From Balanoglossus misakiensis (lineage: Eukaryota; Animalia; Hemichordata), in NCBI GenBank assembly GCA_040954595.2, contig CM082594.2:8253573-8317572 (forward strand): a stretch of 64,000 nt of DNA, written 5' to 3'. The translations under genes and the position numbers were made by a program. Below the pieces are notes generated by a model that was not told the origin of the DNA, did not search any database, and saw only the letters and a program-made list of their open reading frames with translations. Below are positions 13,036 through 24,682 of the stretch, one piece after another (within the stretch, counting starts at the first letter, position 1; each line of letters opens with the position of its first letter).

Positions 13036-16000
13036 ATGGATGAATTGCCAAGGAAATTCGACCGAGTGAGAATTTCATCAGCAAGTTCGGAACGAAGTTC
13101 CACATCGGTGCTTAGCGCAATTAGGGGCGCCCGTCCACGTACAAACGCCTTTCAGAGACCACGCCCAGCCAGTCCAAGACAAGACGAACCGAGGAGGGCT
13201 ACTGCACGGACTCGGTCCACAGAATTAACGACTCCTAACAATACACAACAAGGAGAAACTCCAGCCGGAGGCGCAAATGGTAACAGAGGACACGATGAAA
13301 GAAGGCAACATTTTGAGAACGACCGCCGAGAGTTCTCTGGGTGGAGATCAAGACCAACAAGAGGGACAGGAAGGGGAGGAAGTAGAGGAAGTGGGATGTA
13401 TGGAGGTCGTCATTCCTTTGGCAAAGACGGGAATGGATCAGAGCGACCGATGATGCTCCCTGTTCCCGCCCTGAGACAGTTGATTGGGAAAGAAGCGGCT
13501 GAAATCGTCATGTATCTCCGCACACCAAGACACGGGTTCATCAACACTATAAACGCCAACACCTTAGACGGCTATGTCATCCAACTTCTCGTACGAGTTC
13601 TTGCCAAAGCGTGCGATTGTCCGATGTCGCGAAATCTGGTGGAGCTTCTAAACGACCTCCAAGATTCCCCGTTCCTCGCAGTACACGTCACAGGCTACAT
13701 CAACCGAATGCCAACGGAAAAATCGGGACGATCGCAGGAGGAGTTCCCCGATTTCCTCCGGGGTGTGGTTCGTATCCTGCAAGAAATGTTCCAGCGTTTG
13801 CCGAGTTCCTATGACAACCTCTTGGTACCCTTGGCGACACTGCAGGTAACGGTGCAGATGTTGAAAAAGATGAACATCATTGATGATCAAAGCATCGAAA
13901 CTGGCGTGGAAGAACTCACAAGTATACGCGACGACTTGATGACAAAGGAAAGAACAGGTAACACCATACGAGACCAGCAAGCAGACAACCTTAAAGGTGG
14001 AAACAGCTCAAGAAACACCAACAGATTAAGAAACAGGCGCCGCGAGGAGGTAGTTACACCAAGAGAACCTCCCAACAACTTCCGTGAAATGAGTATATAT
14101 CCCGAGAGCCAGGATGTCCTGACAAAAGACCAACCTTTCATCAGACCAAACATTGTAAGAGGGACATACCAAAATCTGGAGCATTATCTCGATGTCCAGT
14201 TTCGACTATACAGGGAAGACTTCTTAGCCCCGCTCAGACAAGGCATTGACGAGTACATCAATCAGCTGAAAAAGGGAAATGTTCGCAACAGGCGCATTCA
14301 GGATATACGCGTGTACACCAACGTCGAGATAATCGGACCAGTCTGCACAAATCAAGGCCTCTTCCACACCTTACAATTCGACATCTCACGTCTGAAGAGG
14401 GTGAACTGGGAATTTTCCAAGCGCCTCATATTTGGCGCCTTTCTGTGTCTATCCAACGACGACTTCAAATCGCTGTATTTCGCGACCGTGGGCAACCGAT
14501 CTGCTAGGAAGCTGGAGCGGGGGATGATTGACGTCAAGTTCGTCGGCGGCACACAGACTGTGTCCAGGCTGATACAGCAGTCTCAGCGCTCGCCATTCAC
14601 CATGGTTGAAACATCAGCCTACTTTGAAGCCTACCACCACGTGCTGAAGGGTCTGCAGAACGTCCAAGAAGATGAACTTCCGTTCGAGCAGTATTTCATC
14701 CACTGTCGAAATGAAGTCGAGCCTCCCAGATACCTACGCCAAATACTGACGAGCAGATCTACTAGATTTGATTTAACGCCGATCATGGAGTGTTCAAAGT
14801 CACTTATAGGCTCAGAATTCTATGATTCTGACAGTTCCAACAGTGACGATGATCATTGGTTGTCATTCGGTCTATCTGTCGAAGGAAAACCTCAAGAAAG
14901 ACAAGCTGAAAAGGTTCCAATACTGGAGCTCCAAAGTTGGCCCAGTGCGGAATCCTTAGGGTTAGATACTTCACAACTGTCAGCGGTGAAGACGGCCCTC
15001 ACGAAGGAGATCTCAGTTATACAGGGACCTCCCGGCACGGGGAAAACTTACATTGGTTTGAAAATAGCACATGCACTACTCCACAACAGAGATGTGTGGG
15101 GTAAAGACAGCAAGCAGCCTCTGCTAGTGGTCTGTTACACCAACCACGCGCTTGACCAGTTTCTGGAGGGTATACACAAATTCCAGAAGAAAGGAATCGT
15201 CCGCGCTGGATCGAGGAGCAGCAGTGAGGTTCTGAAGGGATGCATGCTGTCAGAAATAAAACACAGAAATCGCGAGGACCGTGTGGTACCAAGATCCATT
15301 TACAGCAGCAGCCGTGCTTCAAGGGGGAAACTGAAAGACATTGAAACACAAATATCCGGTCACAAGGAACTGATGGACAACGTGAGACAGCATCTCTTGA
15401 ATCTAGGTCAGATACATGAGTTCATGGAGAGCAGACACTACCAAAGATTGGACCAAGCCCGTTCCATTGCAAAGCAGTCGGGATACTCCATTTTGCATTT
15501 CTGGCTGGGGGTTGCAGGACCCGGAGTGGCGCAGTTTGGCGAGGTGGAAGGTGACGACAACGGCAGTGATAGTGAGGACAATTCAGAAGACGAGACTAAA
15601 ACGGGCAATGGCGGTGGAGCAGACCGGGAGACTGAAAACGGCAATGGACGTGAAGCTGGCGCAAGGGTTGACACAGAATCCAGCATGTTAGAAGCAGAGA
15701 GGTTCGGAGACACAGACGTGGAAGTATACTCAACCGGAGGGATGCAGAGACCGGGAAGACCAAACAAAACCGGCGCTCCTGCCAGACGACAGGTGAAGGA
15801 AGGAGAGTGGTCATACGTTGACAACAAGAAGAAGGTGAGACGAAGAATCCGAGCAGGTCTGAGTGTGAGGCACTGCATGCGCCCGGAAGAAGCCAGACGT
15901 GTAGATGATGTCTGGCAACTTTCAAACGGAAACAGGTGGCGGCTGTATCGCCACTGGGTTAATCGATACACAGAGTACTTCCGGGACTGCATTACAGAGC

Positions 16001-18960
16001 TAGAGAAAAAGTTCGAGGAGGAAGCAAAGCAACTTGAAGAAATAAACTTCGAAGAAGATCTCGAGATTCTCAAGGGGGCTGTCGTTATCGGCATGACGAC
16101 AACTGGAGCGGCCAGATATCGTTCCATACTTCAGCGAGTGAAGCCAAAAATCATCATCGTCGAAGAAGCAGCAGAGGTACTTGAAGCGCACGTCATCACA
16201 ACTCTGACGTCAAGCTGCGAGCAACTGATTCTCATCGGTGACCACAAGCAGCTCAGACCGAACCCTACGGTGTACAAACTGGCCAGGGACTACAACCTTG
16301 ATTATTCTCTGTTCGAAAGAATGGTCGCCAATGGTATGCACTGCGATACCCTGGGAATACAGCACCGCATGAGGCCGGAAATCGCCGTGCTTATGGACCA
16401 CATCTATGACGACCTGGAGAATCACGAGTCGGTTTACAACTATGAGAACGTCAAGGGTGTTGCATCAAACGTGTATTTCATAGACCATGGTCACCTAGAA
16501 ATCGAAAACGAAGAGCTTCTCAGTCATGCAAACGAGCACGAGGCACGCTACGTCACAGCTCTCTGTCGGTATTTCCTCCTGCAAGGCTACGAGCCCTCAC
16601 AGGTAACGGTGCTGACAACCTACAAGGGACAACTCTTCAAGTTGAAAGGCATGATGAAAAACAAGCACATCTTCGACGGTGTCCGTGTAACAGCAGTTGA
16701 CAATTTCCAAGGTGAAGAAAACGACATCATCATACTGTCCCTCGTCAGAAGCAACAAAGCTGGGAAGATTGGATTTCTGGCAACAGAAAACAGGGCCTGC
16801 GTGGCTCTCTCTAGAGCCAGGGTCGGCTTTTACTGCATTGGCAATATATCTCTCCTGGCAGATCACAGCACGCTGTGGCGAAGCATCAAAGACGACATGA
16901 CTAACAGAGGGCACATGGGACGGGCGCTGTCTCTACATTGCCAGAACCACCCCAACACCAAGATAGAAGCGAAAAGCGACGAGGATTTCAGAGCTGCTCC
17001 AGAAGGTGGCTGCACTCTGCCCTGTGGCGTGCGTCTTCAGTGTGGCCACGTGTGCGTCTCTGCGTGCCATCCAGGCGACCCACTTCACAAGAAGTACAAG
17101 TGCAGAAAGCCGTGTGTGAAGACCACGTGCGAACTCAAACATAAATGTTCCAAGCGATGCTATGAAGACTGTGGACCGTGTATGACCAAACTCGACAAGG
17201 TGATCCCCCGGTGCGGGCACACCCAAGAAGTTCCGTGCAGCGTAGACCCAGAAGATTTCATGTGTTTGGAAGCATGCACCCAAATACTGACGTGCGGTCA
17301 CAGGTGTCAGAATATCTGTGGTGTCGACTGCACATCCAAAGATGGCTGCCGAGTCACTGTTACCAGAAAATGGCCATGTGGACACGAGGTTGAGACGGAT
17401 TGCAGACACAAGCCGGAGAATTACCCGTGTCCAGCAGAGTGCGGAGCTATCCTAAGTTGTGAACATCCCTGCGTTGGAACCTGTGGGAAATGCAAGCGTG
17501 GCCGACTGCACGTGCAATGCAGAAACATGTGTGGTCGTACACTGGTTTGCTCCCACGAATGCACGGGCAACTGTACATCGTACTGTCCACCATGTACAAG
17601 ACCTTGTACGAACCACTGTGCACATAGCAGTTGTCGACACCAGTGCGGGTTTCCGTGCAAGCAATGTACAGAGCCATGCGAGTGGAATTGCCAGCATCAT
17701 CGCTGCACCAAGCTCTGCGGCGAACCCTGCGATCGACCCCCTTGCAATCAGCCATGCAGAAAATATCTCCAGTGTCGACATCAATGCATTGGCCTATGCG
17801 GTGAACCATGTCCAACCAAATGCCGTGTCTGTCACAGGGACGAAGTTACCGACATTTTCTTTGGTGACGAAGATGAACCAGGGGCTAGGTTTGTTCAGTT
17901 GGAGGACTGTGACCATGTCATAGAGGTCAAAGGACTTGACAAATGGATGAAACTGAAACCAGATAAGAAGTCCCAGTCTGTGACTATCCAGTTGAAAAAA
18001 TGTCCAAAATGTAACACCCCTATCCGTAAGAATCTACGATACGGACACATCATCAAACAAATTCTAGCAGACATAGGAGAAGTGAAGCAGAGAATTCTCG
18101 GAGAACCGACTAAAATCGCCGAAAAAGCCGAAGAACTGAAGGAGAAGGTGGAAAACTCCGAAGAACTTGGCAAGCTTGACACAGTCGTCACCGAGCAAAT
18201 TGAAAATCTCTTAGTGCGACCAGATTATCTGACTACAGAGAACGTCCACGCTTTAGAAAACCAAGTCAATTATCTGGAAGCCATCTCCAAATTGAAGACC
18301 TCGTTTTCTCGTGAACTGAAAGAAGCCTTTGAATCAAAGCCTGGGAGCAGACTGGATCTACGAGCTCGCATTGATATGATCAACTTCGAAGCGATCGTAA
18401 ATGATTTCACAACATGGTTGATGTCTTGGAAGTACCAGATAACCGAGCAGGCGCTTCAAGATGCCACCACCGAGTTGTCAAGACTCAACCTGATGGCCCG
18501 TTTCCATGTTCTGGATGCAGGAATGAGGGCTCACAAACTGACTGCTGACGAGAAAAGGAAGAAAGCAATGCAGCGCCTGAGCAAGACGTTGGATCGCGGA
18601 GACTTGATGTCACCATCTAAAATAGATTCGTGGAGTGAGTATGTGAAGAAAGTCCACACTAGCTATGGCGTCTTGCAACCGCTAAGCCGCGAAATGAAAG
18701 CGAAAATCATCTCAGCAATGGGTCTATCGAAGGGCCACTGGTACAAGTGTCCAAAAGGACATTTTTACGTCATTGGTGACTGTGGCGGCGCTAACCAAAT
18801 CTCTAAATGTCCGGACTGTGGTCTGGCGGTTGGTGGCACTTCGCATGCGTTGGCTGCAGGAAACCAACACGCACCAGAAATAGATGGCTCCGAATATCCG
18901 GCGTATTCAGATGCAGCGAACATGGATCCCAGAAACTTTGACCTGAACGACTTCATGTAG
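13036..18960 (+). CDS. ZNFX1: NFX1-type zinc finger-containing protein 1 (UPF1-like SF1 RNA helicase, NF-X1 zinc-finger array, RING-like region, C-terminal RZ finger); one uninterrupted coding exon
   Basis: About 1974-aa ORF from the ATG at 13036. YLDVQFRLYREDF, Walker A IQGPPGTGKT, VCYTNHALDQFLE, IIVEEAAEVLE, LIGDHKQLRP, SLFERM, QHRMRPEIA, VDNFQGEE, VALSRAR; many CGHxC repeats; EDCDH...CPKC; terminal HWYKCPKGHFYVIGDCGGA..CPDC..GGTSH. Confidence 0.95.
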   Translation: MDELPRKFDRVRISSASSERSSTSVLSAIRGARPRTNAFQRPRPASPRQDEPRRATARTRSTELTTPNNTQQGETPAGGANGNRGHDERRQHFENDRREFSGWRSRPTRGTGRGGSRGSGMYGGRHSFGKDGNGSERPMMLPVPALRQLIGKEAAEIVMYLRTPRHGFINTINANTLDGYVIQLLVRVLAKACDCPMSRNLVELLNDLQDSPFLAVHVTGYINRMPTEKSGRSQEEFPDFLRGVVRILQEMFQRLPSSYDNLLVPLATLQVTVQMLKKMNIIDDQSIETGVEELTSIRDDLMTKERTGNTIRDQQADNLKGGNSSRNTNRLRNRRREEVVTPREPPNNFREMSIYPESQDVLTKDQPFIRPNIVRGTYQNLEHYLDVQFRLYREDFLAPLRQGIDEYINQLKKGNVRNRRIQDIRVYTNVEIIGPVCTNQGLFHTLQFDISRLKRVNWEFSKRLIFGAFLCLSNDDFKSLYFATVGNRSARKLERGMIDVKFVGGTQTVSRLIQQSQRSPFTMVETSAYFEAYHHVLKGLQNVQEDELPFEQYFIHCRNEVEPPRYLRQILTSRSTRFDLTPIMECSKSLIGSEFYDSDSSNSDDDHWLSFGLSVEGKPQERQAEKVPILELQSWPSAESLGLDTSQLSAVKTALTKEISVIQGPPGTGKTYIGLKIAHALLHNRDVWGKDSKQPLLVVCYTNHALDQFLEGIHKFQKKGIVRAGSRSSSEVLKGCMLSEIKHRNREDRVVPRSIYSSSRASRGKLKDIETQISGHKELMDNVRQHLLNLGQIHEFMESRHYQRLDQARSIAKQSGYSILHFWLGVAGPGVAQFGEVEGDDNGSDSEDNSEDETKTGNGGGADRETENGNGREAGARVDTESSMLEAERFGDTDVEVYSTGGMQRPGRPNKTGAPARRQVKEGEWSYVDNKKKVRRRIRAGLSVRHCMRPEEARRVDDVWQLSNGNRWRLYRHWVNRYTEYFRDCITELEKKFEEEAKQLEEINFEEDLEILKGAVVIGMTTTGAARYRSILQRVKPKIIIVEEAAEVLEAHVITTLTSSCEQLILIGDHKQLRPNPTVYKLARDYNLDYSLFERMVANGMHCDTLGIQHRMRPEIAVLMDHIYDDLENHESVYNYENVKGVASNVYFIDHGHLEIENEELLSHANEHEARYVTALCRYFLLQGYEPSQVTVLTTYKGQLFKLKGMMKNKHIFDGVRVTAVDNFQGEENDIIILSLVRSNKAGKIGFLATENRACVALSRARVGFYCIGNISLLADHSTLWRSIKDDMTNRGHMGRALSLHCQNHPNTKIEAKSDEDFRAAPEGGCTLPCGVRLQCGHVCVSACHPGDPLHKKYKCRKPCVKTTCELKHKCSKRCYEDCGPCMTKLDKVIPRCGHTQEVPCSVDPEDFMCLEACTQILTCGHRCQNICGVDCTSKDGCRVTVTRKWPCGHEVETDCRHKPENYPCPAECGAILSCEHPCVGTCGKCKRGRLHVQCRNMCGRTLVCSHECTGNCTSYCPPCTRPCTNHCAHSSCRHQCGFPCKQCTEPCEWNCQHHRCTKLCGEPCDRPPCNQPCRKYLQCRHQCIGLCGEPCPTKCRVCHRDEVTDIFFGDEDEPGARFVQLEDCDHVIEVKGLDKWMKLKPDKKSQSVTIQLKKCPKCNTPIRKNLRYGHIIKQILADIGEVKQRILGEPTKIAEKAEELKEKVENSEELGKLDTVVTEQIENLLVRPDYLTTENVHALENQVNYLEAISKLKTSFSRELKEAFESKPGSRLDLRARIDMINFEAIVNDFTTWLMSWKYQITEQALQDATTELSRLNLMARFHVLDAGMRAHKLTADEKRKKAMQRLSKTLDRGDLMSPSKIDSWSEYVKKVHTSYGVLQPLSREMKAKIISAMGLSKGHWYKCPKGHFYVIGDCGGANQISKCPDCGLAVGGTSHALAAGNQHAPEIDGSEYPAYSDAANMDPRNFDLNDFM

Positions 18961-20338
18961 GCCAAAAGAATTTAACTATAATGTGTAAGTATAGCCTAAA
19001 GGACTCTCTGTAGGCCAAAATAACGTTGCTATAATGTCCGAGTATGCTATTATTTTCAAGAATTATACAGAATCGTTTACTTTGCTATCTTTTGGGGGCG
19101 GTAAAAACCATGATTTTTTACATCATTTGTTTCGGTATTATTTAATTGAAGGCAATTGTCTATTTTCTGCCGAATGCAATGCGGCAAAACAGTTTTTAAC
19201 TTCTCAAAGGAACCAACCGATATTAACAGACACAAACACTGCCCTAGTATAACGAGGTTCCATCTAATTAGTATCCTTTGTGTGTATTCTTCTTTTCTAG
19301 AAAGTTGCCTGGAAAAGTCACCAGCACCTGCGCGTCCGAGCGCCATAAATTGTGAATTTACATTAACCATGGGCAACTCTGATGTCTTGAGATGACGGAA
19401 TAAGTTCATACGTGCATAAGTGCTAATTTGTACTTGCATGATATATCAAGATACGATACTAACTATCAGGATATTGTTTTAAAGACAAACACGTATATCT
19501 ACTTTCAGTTGAAGTGCCTATAAATGCATTTACAAAACATGATATGAGAACCCTCCTTTCGAATACAAGGGAAACGTTTGGGAACTGTGCCCATTTATAT
19601 TAGTTAAACTAACATGATGATGATAAACTGTGATTTATGTGTGCGGTTTTAATGAAGTTCTTTCTTCTTTTGACATGGTGTCTCAGGGCTTGGGTTACAA
19701 ATAGATTTTACCTGAATGAAATTTACATCGCATTACAATTGTAATTTTATTTCAAAATCACATTCTGTCCCTGATATTAACATTCAATTTTGTTACAAAA
19801 ATTACTTTCCCAAATGATGTAACATTCGTTAGATAGTGAACTAACAAAGGTACACTTGAATGCACTTTTCAACCTTTCTCAAACTGCATGAGTATATTCA
19901 GCTTCAGTGCATATCCGGTTTAGCCTTAGAGAAGAACATTAATTTCTTATAGGTATATGGTCACCTATGCAAAATTGGCCAAAGTTACTGTGGCAAGTTG
20001 AGATCTAGCCAATGACAGATTTTTATGGGGTTAACACGTAAAAAAGAGCGCCACCACATGTTCTTTAGAAGATTCATAAACCCCTTTAAAACTATACACA
20101 TACATGTAGGTATATCTAGGGTCTATGGTATTAGAGTTGATTGTATTCCTTTACGTTTGTTAACTATGTAGGGTGTGAATGTGGAGGTAATTGCACACAT
20201 TTGGGTATAGTTACCAAGTATACAAGTGTATATTTTCCTGTAAATAAATGAAATGATTAAAATGATTTTATTCAGAATAAAATGTCTCATGTGACATGAT
20301 TGTATACAATTGTAGTGCAACATGCGCCAACAGTACTG

Positions 20339-20898
20339 TTAAAAACTATACCTGAAAATCAAGCTGACGATACAGACACATAGCAAGTCACAAATCAGTG
20401 GTAGACTGTATAGGAACTCAAAACTTTCTGATGGGCTGCTGTTGGCAGCACCAGGAACTGTGAAGTCGTCCCATCGCGTAGCATCGTAATATGACGAATA
20501 AACGCCCAGAGAACATTTGCTGCTGGCTTTAGTATGACATGTGACTTCAACGAACCAATCGTTGCGTCGAACGACGGAAAGCGACTCGGCCATTATCTTC
20601 TTGAATCCTGACTCCATGTTTTCCTTCACAACGCTAACTTGCTCATCGGAGACCAATGACGAAAAGTTTCTTTGCAACGATTCCACCAATGGGACAACTG
20701 CGGCGCGCTCATCCACTTGTTGCCAAGCAACCACCATGACAACAGTCTCACTGGAACTCACTAGCTGTCTTACATGGAAGCCATGTTGGTTTGTCGATAA
20801 CGTAAATCTGTGGATGTCGTTAGCGTTGGCGATATTGCGATCATCATATACGGTAAAAGATCCCTGAAGCTTCACATGGGATTCAACATTTTCTTCAA
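20339..20898 (-). CDS. DNase I gene alternative last exon C (paralogous domain, linker and hydrophobic tail)
   Basis: Acceptor TTTTCTCTATTGACAG|TT GAA GAA is phase 1; colinear similarity to exon B; ends AANSSPSESFEFLYSLPLICDLLCVCIVSLIFRYSF-TAA; AATAAA (-) at 20267-20272. Confidence 0.7.
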
Positions 20899-23800
20899 CT
20901 GTCAATAGAGAAAATAAAGATAACAGAACATCGCTTAGCCATAGTGTCTTTATTCGAAAAGATTATGGTCAACTTGTACCAAAAACGAGAATTAAAGATC
21001 CCATCACATTGACGTAAAGTGTACTAAGACAGAAAAAAAATAATTTCGACGAGAAAAAAACGCTGTACTTGTGAAGACATTTAATTCCTCCTTGCGGCGA
21101 TGAGTCGATCAGAAATTCACCGACAGATTACACTCTTGTGTAGCGATGAGGGTGCAGGTGACTTCCACGCACCACTTGTCAGTGGCCAGGGGCAGGACAG
21201 ACAAGGCCACCGTGTCTTCAAAGCCGTTCTCCAGATTCTCTTCAGCGACACTGACTTGATCCTCCGATATCAGCGTCGGAAACTCGTCTCGCAGTTCCCT
21301 GAGAACCGATGCAACGTTGCGTCGACCACTCACTTCTCTCGACGCAATCACCATGACGACCTGTCTCCGAGAGTTCCGAAAGGTTTCGGCTGTGAATCCG
21401 ACACGATGGGCTTCTTCGGAAAATTTCGAGACATCACTCAACTTCGTTATACCGCGTTCGTCGTAAACGGTGAATGACACTTGCAGTTTGATGTTGGATG
21501 AAGTCGATTTCTCAACTATATTTGTAATAAACCAACATAAGCCTAATTATCTAAGCAGTCAATACCAGCGGGTAATAAAGGTTAGCGATTACACAGCTAC
21601 ATGCATACATGCATTGATACATACATGTCAGCCTGTTCGCATCACCCAAATATTTCAAATGCAAGCAAAAACAAAAATCAAAGACAAACGAAAACAAATA
21701 AAACAAACCAGAATTCAATTAGTCTAACTGTGTTAGCGATTAATTCAAAAGCTAAAAGTAAGGTTCTAAAGTGCCAATTAATTGCTTAGTATTGCATGCT
21801 TAGTGTAGGTTACCCACCTATCCTAGTTAGAAGAGTGCATGTGTGGTTAGAGATGGACAATCAGTACATTGTTATTGTTGACTGCGTCACTATGGCGACT
21901 TTTAACGTCAAACATCTTCTGTCAGAAGTTGATACTGACGTATCTTGTTAACTTCGATGTGGTCTTGAACTTGCTTTGCTTCGTGGTGTCGCTTTGGTAT
22001 CAAGAGTTCATCCTTGCGATGATTGTTGTTTTCTATTTAGCTGAGCCTCAAATGACTTGGTATCTCGGTTGTTCAATATTTCTTTCTGCTGGTTGTGATC
22101 AGTCATGACGCGTGGTCCAGAAAAAACAAGGTCTTTCACGTGTGCTTATTTGTGTGTAAATTGTTTGCTTGTACGCAAAGACATTGGGACACAAGTTTGG
22201 TTTGTCAGGCAGAGTTAGGACTGTACAACTCACAACTGGAAATCCTGTGGTAAGTGTATTTGAAGTTGAGGACAAGACACGCAATTAGAGTATGTTTATG
22301 TCTAGTTGTGAGTAATGTGGACATACATAAAATCGACAAAAACATATAGACAATGTTAGATGAAGACACTTACGTTTTGGTAAGAGTTTCAGCTCTACCG
22401 GATAGTGGTCGCTGACAAGAGCTGCCTGTAATGATAACAAAATTGCAGGAATATGGGTTTTAGTGAGAAACAGAATTTGAAATACATGTACACTGATGTT
22501 ATTTTTCATAACAATAACACTTACTACACTGACCATAAGGAACGATGATTGTAGTAATATCAATGGCCCTAAACAATATCCAATAAAAGTGTTGGTGTTG
22601 GAATAATTACTTTGTTAAAGGGTTTCAGTTTTGTTAGATTGAGTGCGTACCTCATCTGCTGTCAAACCGTATTCCTCGTCGAAGTAGAAAACGCTGCCAC
22701 TTTCTGGCCATACACCTTCAGCCATGTTCGGACCAGCAAGCACAATTCTGTTAGCGATAAGAAGATAATTTCGTTATATCACACCCTACATACAATATTC
22801 TACGGTAAAAGCTGAGAAAAATGTCAGGCTTACTATAAGCAGTCTAAGCTTAGAAACAGAGAAGTGTATAATGTGCAGATGATATAGTGAAAGGAGGTGA
22901 TGGTGTATATACAGCCAGAATGCCATCCCCTTGGATGATACCATTACTTTTAGGGGTGTGTTTCTTTACCTATCGTATGCGCAAAATGTGTCGGCCACAG
23001 TTGTATCGATACGATCTTCGATCAGCCATGTAAATCTGTCGTCGTTACGCAGTCGAACATTTGGCCAATCATCTTGCTGCACATATGTACATCCGCCATT
23101 GAAATCCCCAGTAATGATCACGTCCTAATAGAGAAAGTAAACATTCAAAAACCACAAAATTACACGTAGATATGCCGCACGCTGTGCTGAAGACAATATT
23201 ACACCACGATAACCTTTACATCTATAAAAACCAAAGACATTACCATACCTGTAAGCCCCATCGACTGACAATATCATCATAAACATCGGTAAGACGGTCA
23301 ATTTCCCCGATGGCATCAGAGGGTTTGGTGTGTATAGCAACCATGGCGAAATCAGAAACCACTAGAAAAATAAGAGGGGCAACTTGTAAAATATGGCATC
23401 CATTGTAATACTAGTGAGAGTGATTGTTTAAAGATGATGAACTAAAATTTACTGTCAATTATATTAGTATTATTTACATTCATTTTTTGACACTAGAAAT
23501 TATTCATTCCTACTGTCAATCATCGTTTCTCAAGATTCTGTTTTGCTGTGGAGATTATTGGTAATAACATTTATCAGTCACGCAGGTTGCTGCATGATTG
23601 GCCAATTACACACCTGTTGTTGGAGACGAAAATCTCACGATAAACGGTTCCCGTTCAAAAGTATCATCTCCTTTTCCTTCGTCGCCGTCGTTGTAGTGAT
23701 AGCTGTCACTCACTTCTACCTTGTCGGTTCTTTGAAGAAGTTGAGATCAGGAGAAAAGGGTTTAGGTGAGTAATTGTGAATAAAAGTCAGACTTCCTCAT

Positions 23801-24682
23801 CGTTCTGACAAAGATTAAACCCATTACAAACATAGCCTCCTGTATTGTACTCTTTGGGTATGGTTCTGAAACTAGGTTCCTGTTTAAATTTCCTAAACGT
23901 GTAACTACTCTACGGAAGTATGTAAAATGCATCTTGATTGGACTGATCAAAAGTCCTTTGTCAAAGATAAGATTCCATGGAAGAACATGACGCCAATTCC
24001 AAGCTAATCCCACGATGGATTGTCTCAGCTGGTTAATCCATGAATGTTAATGTAAATCACTGAGGAAATTGTCTCGTCTCAAATCATGGTTACCTTACCT
24101 ATAGAGAAAGCCGTATTGTTCTTTCGATGAAGACCGCCCCAGTCGGTCGCTAATCTCTAATGAATATTCATGTTCTGAAGCTTCATTGACGACGCTGAGC
24201 AGATCGTAAATCGCAGTTTCCGAACTGTCACGGATTTCTTGGATCAGGATAATGTCATAACGCAACACGACCTGTAAATTAAAAGACTTGCTCGATATAA
24301 CCTAAAAGCACAAGTACAGGTACCTTCTACAGGTGAAATCACAGACACCGTGGTAGACTAGAGGATCCCGCAAAGGACAAGATAGAAGATTCTGAAAGTC
24401 TGTATCGACACACGCCTTTGGAGTTATGATACACAGCACATTTACAACGCCACAGTGGACCAAAAGGAAATGATTGTCTCAGTTGAATCACCCACACACA
24501 CAACACTGTACCTTCTTCAGTGTAGTGACGACTGTTTCCTTGGACATCTTCGCCACTCCAAAAACTTGGACATTGAAAGCAGCTATATCGAGTTCATCTA
24601 TTTCAATGGCATCTGTACATGCTCCGAATGATAACAACAGCAGGCCAACAGCAGCAACAATTGTTAGAGACCCTTCAGGCAT
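20339..24682 (-). CDS. Secreted deoxyribonuclease I-family enzyme with an extra C-terminal domain supplied by alternative last exons
   Basis: Signal peptide (LTIVAAVGLLLLSFGACTDA), IAAFNVQVFG, RYDIILIQEIRD, RLGRSSSKEQYGFLYR, FEREPFIVRF, catalytic His in AIHTKP, ITGDFNGGCTYV, DTTVADTFCAYDRIV, catalytic SDHYPVE. Exons at about 24512-24682, 24099-24271, 23614-23729, 23249-23362, 22970-23125, 22651-22747 and 22374-22425. A phase-1 donor then leads to candidate last exons 22099-22244, 21109-21515 or 20339-20898. Confidence 0.9.
21109..21515 (-). CDS. DNase I gene alternative last exon B (unknown ~135-aa domain, soluble C-terminus)
   Basis: Acceptor ...AAATATAG|TT GAG AAA is phase 1, matching the exon-7 donor; ORF ends ...CNLSVNF-TGA; own AATAAA on the minus strand at about 20949-20954. 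Confidence 0.65.

Noticed and set aside
13611-18965. Many overlapping ORFs within ZNFX1
   Set aside because: Alternative-frame and antisense by-products of a long GC-richer CDS.
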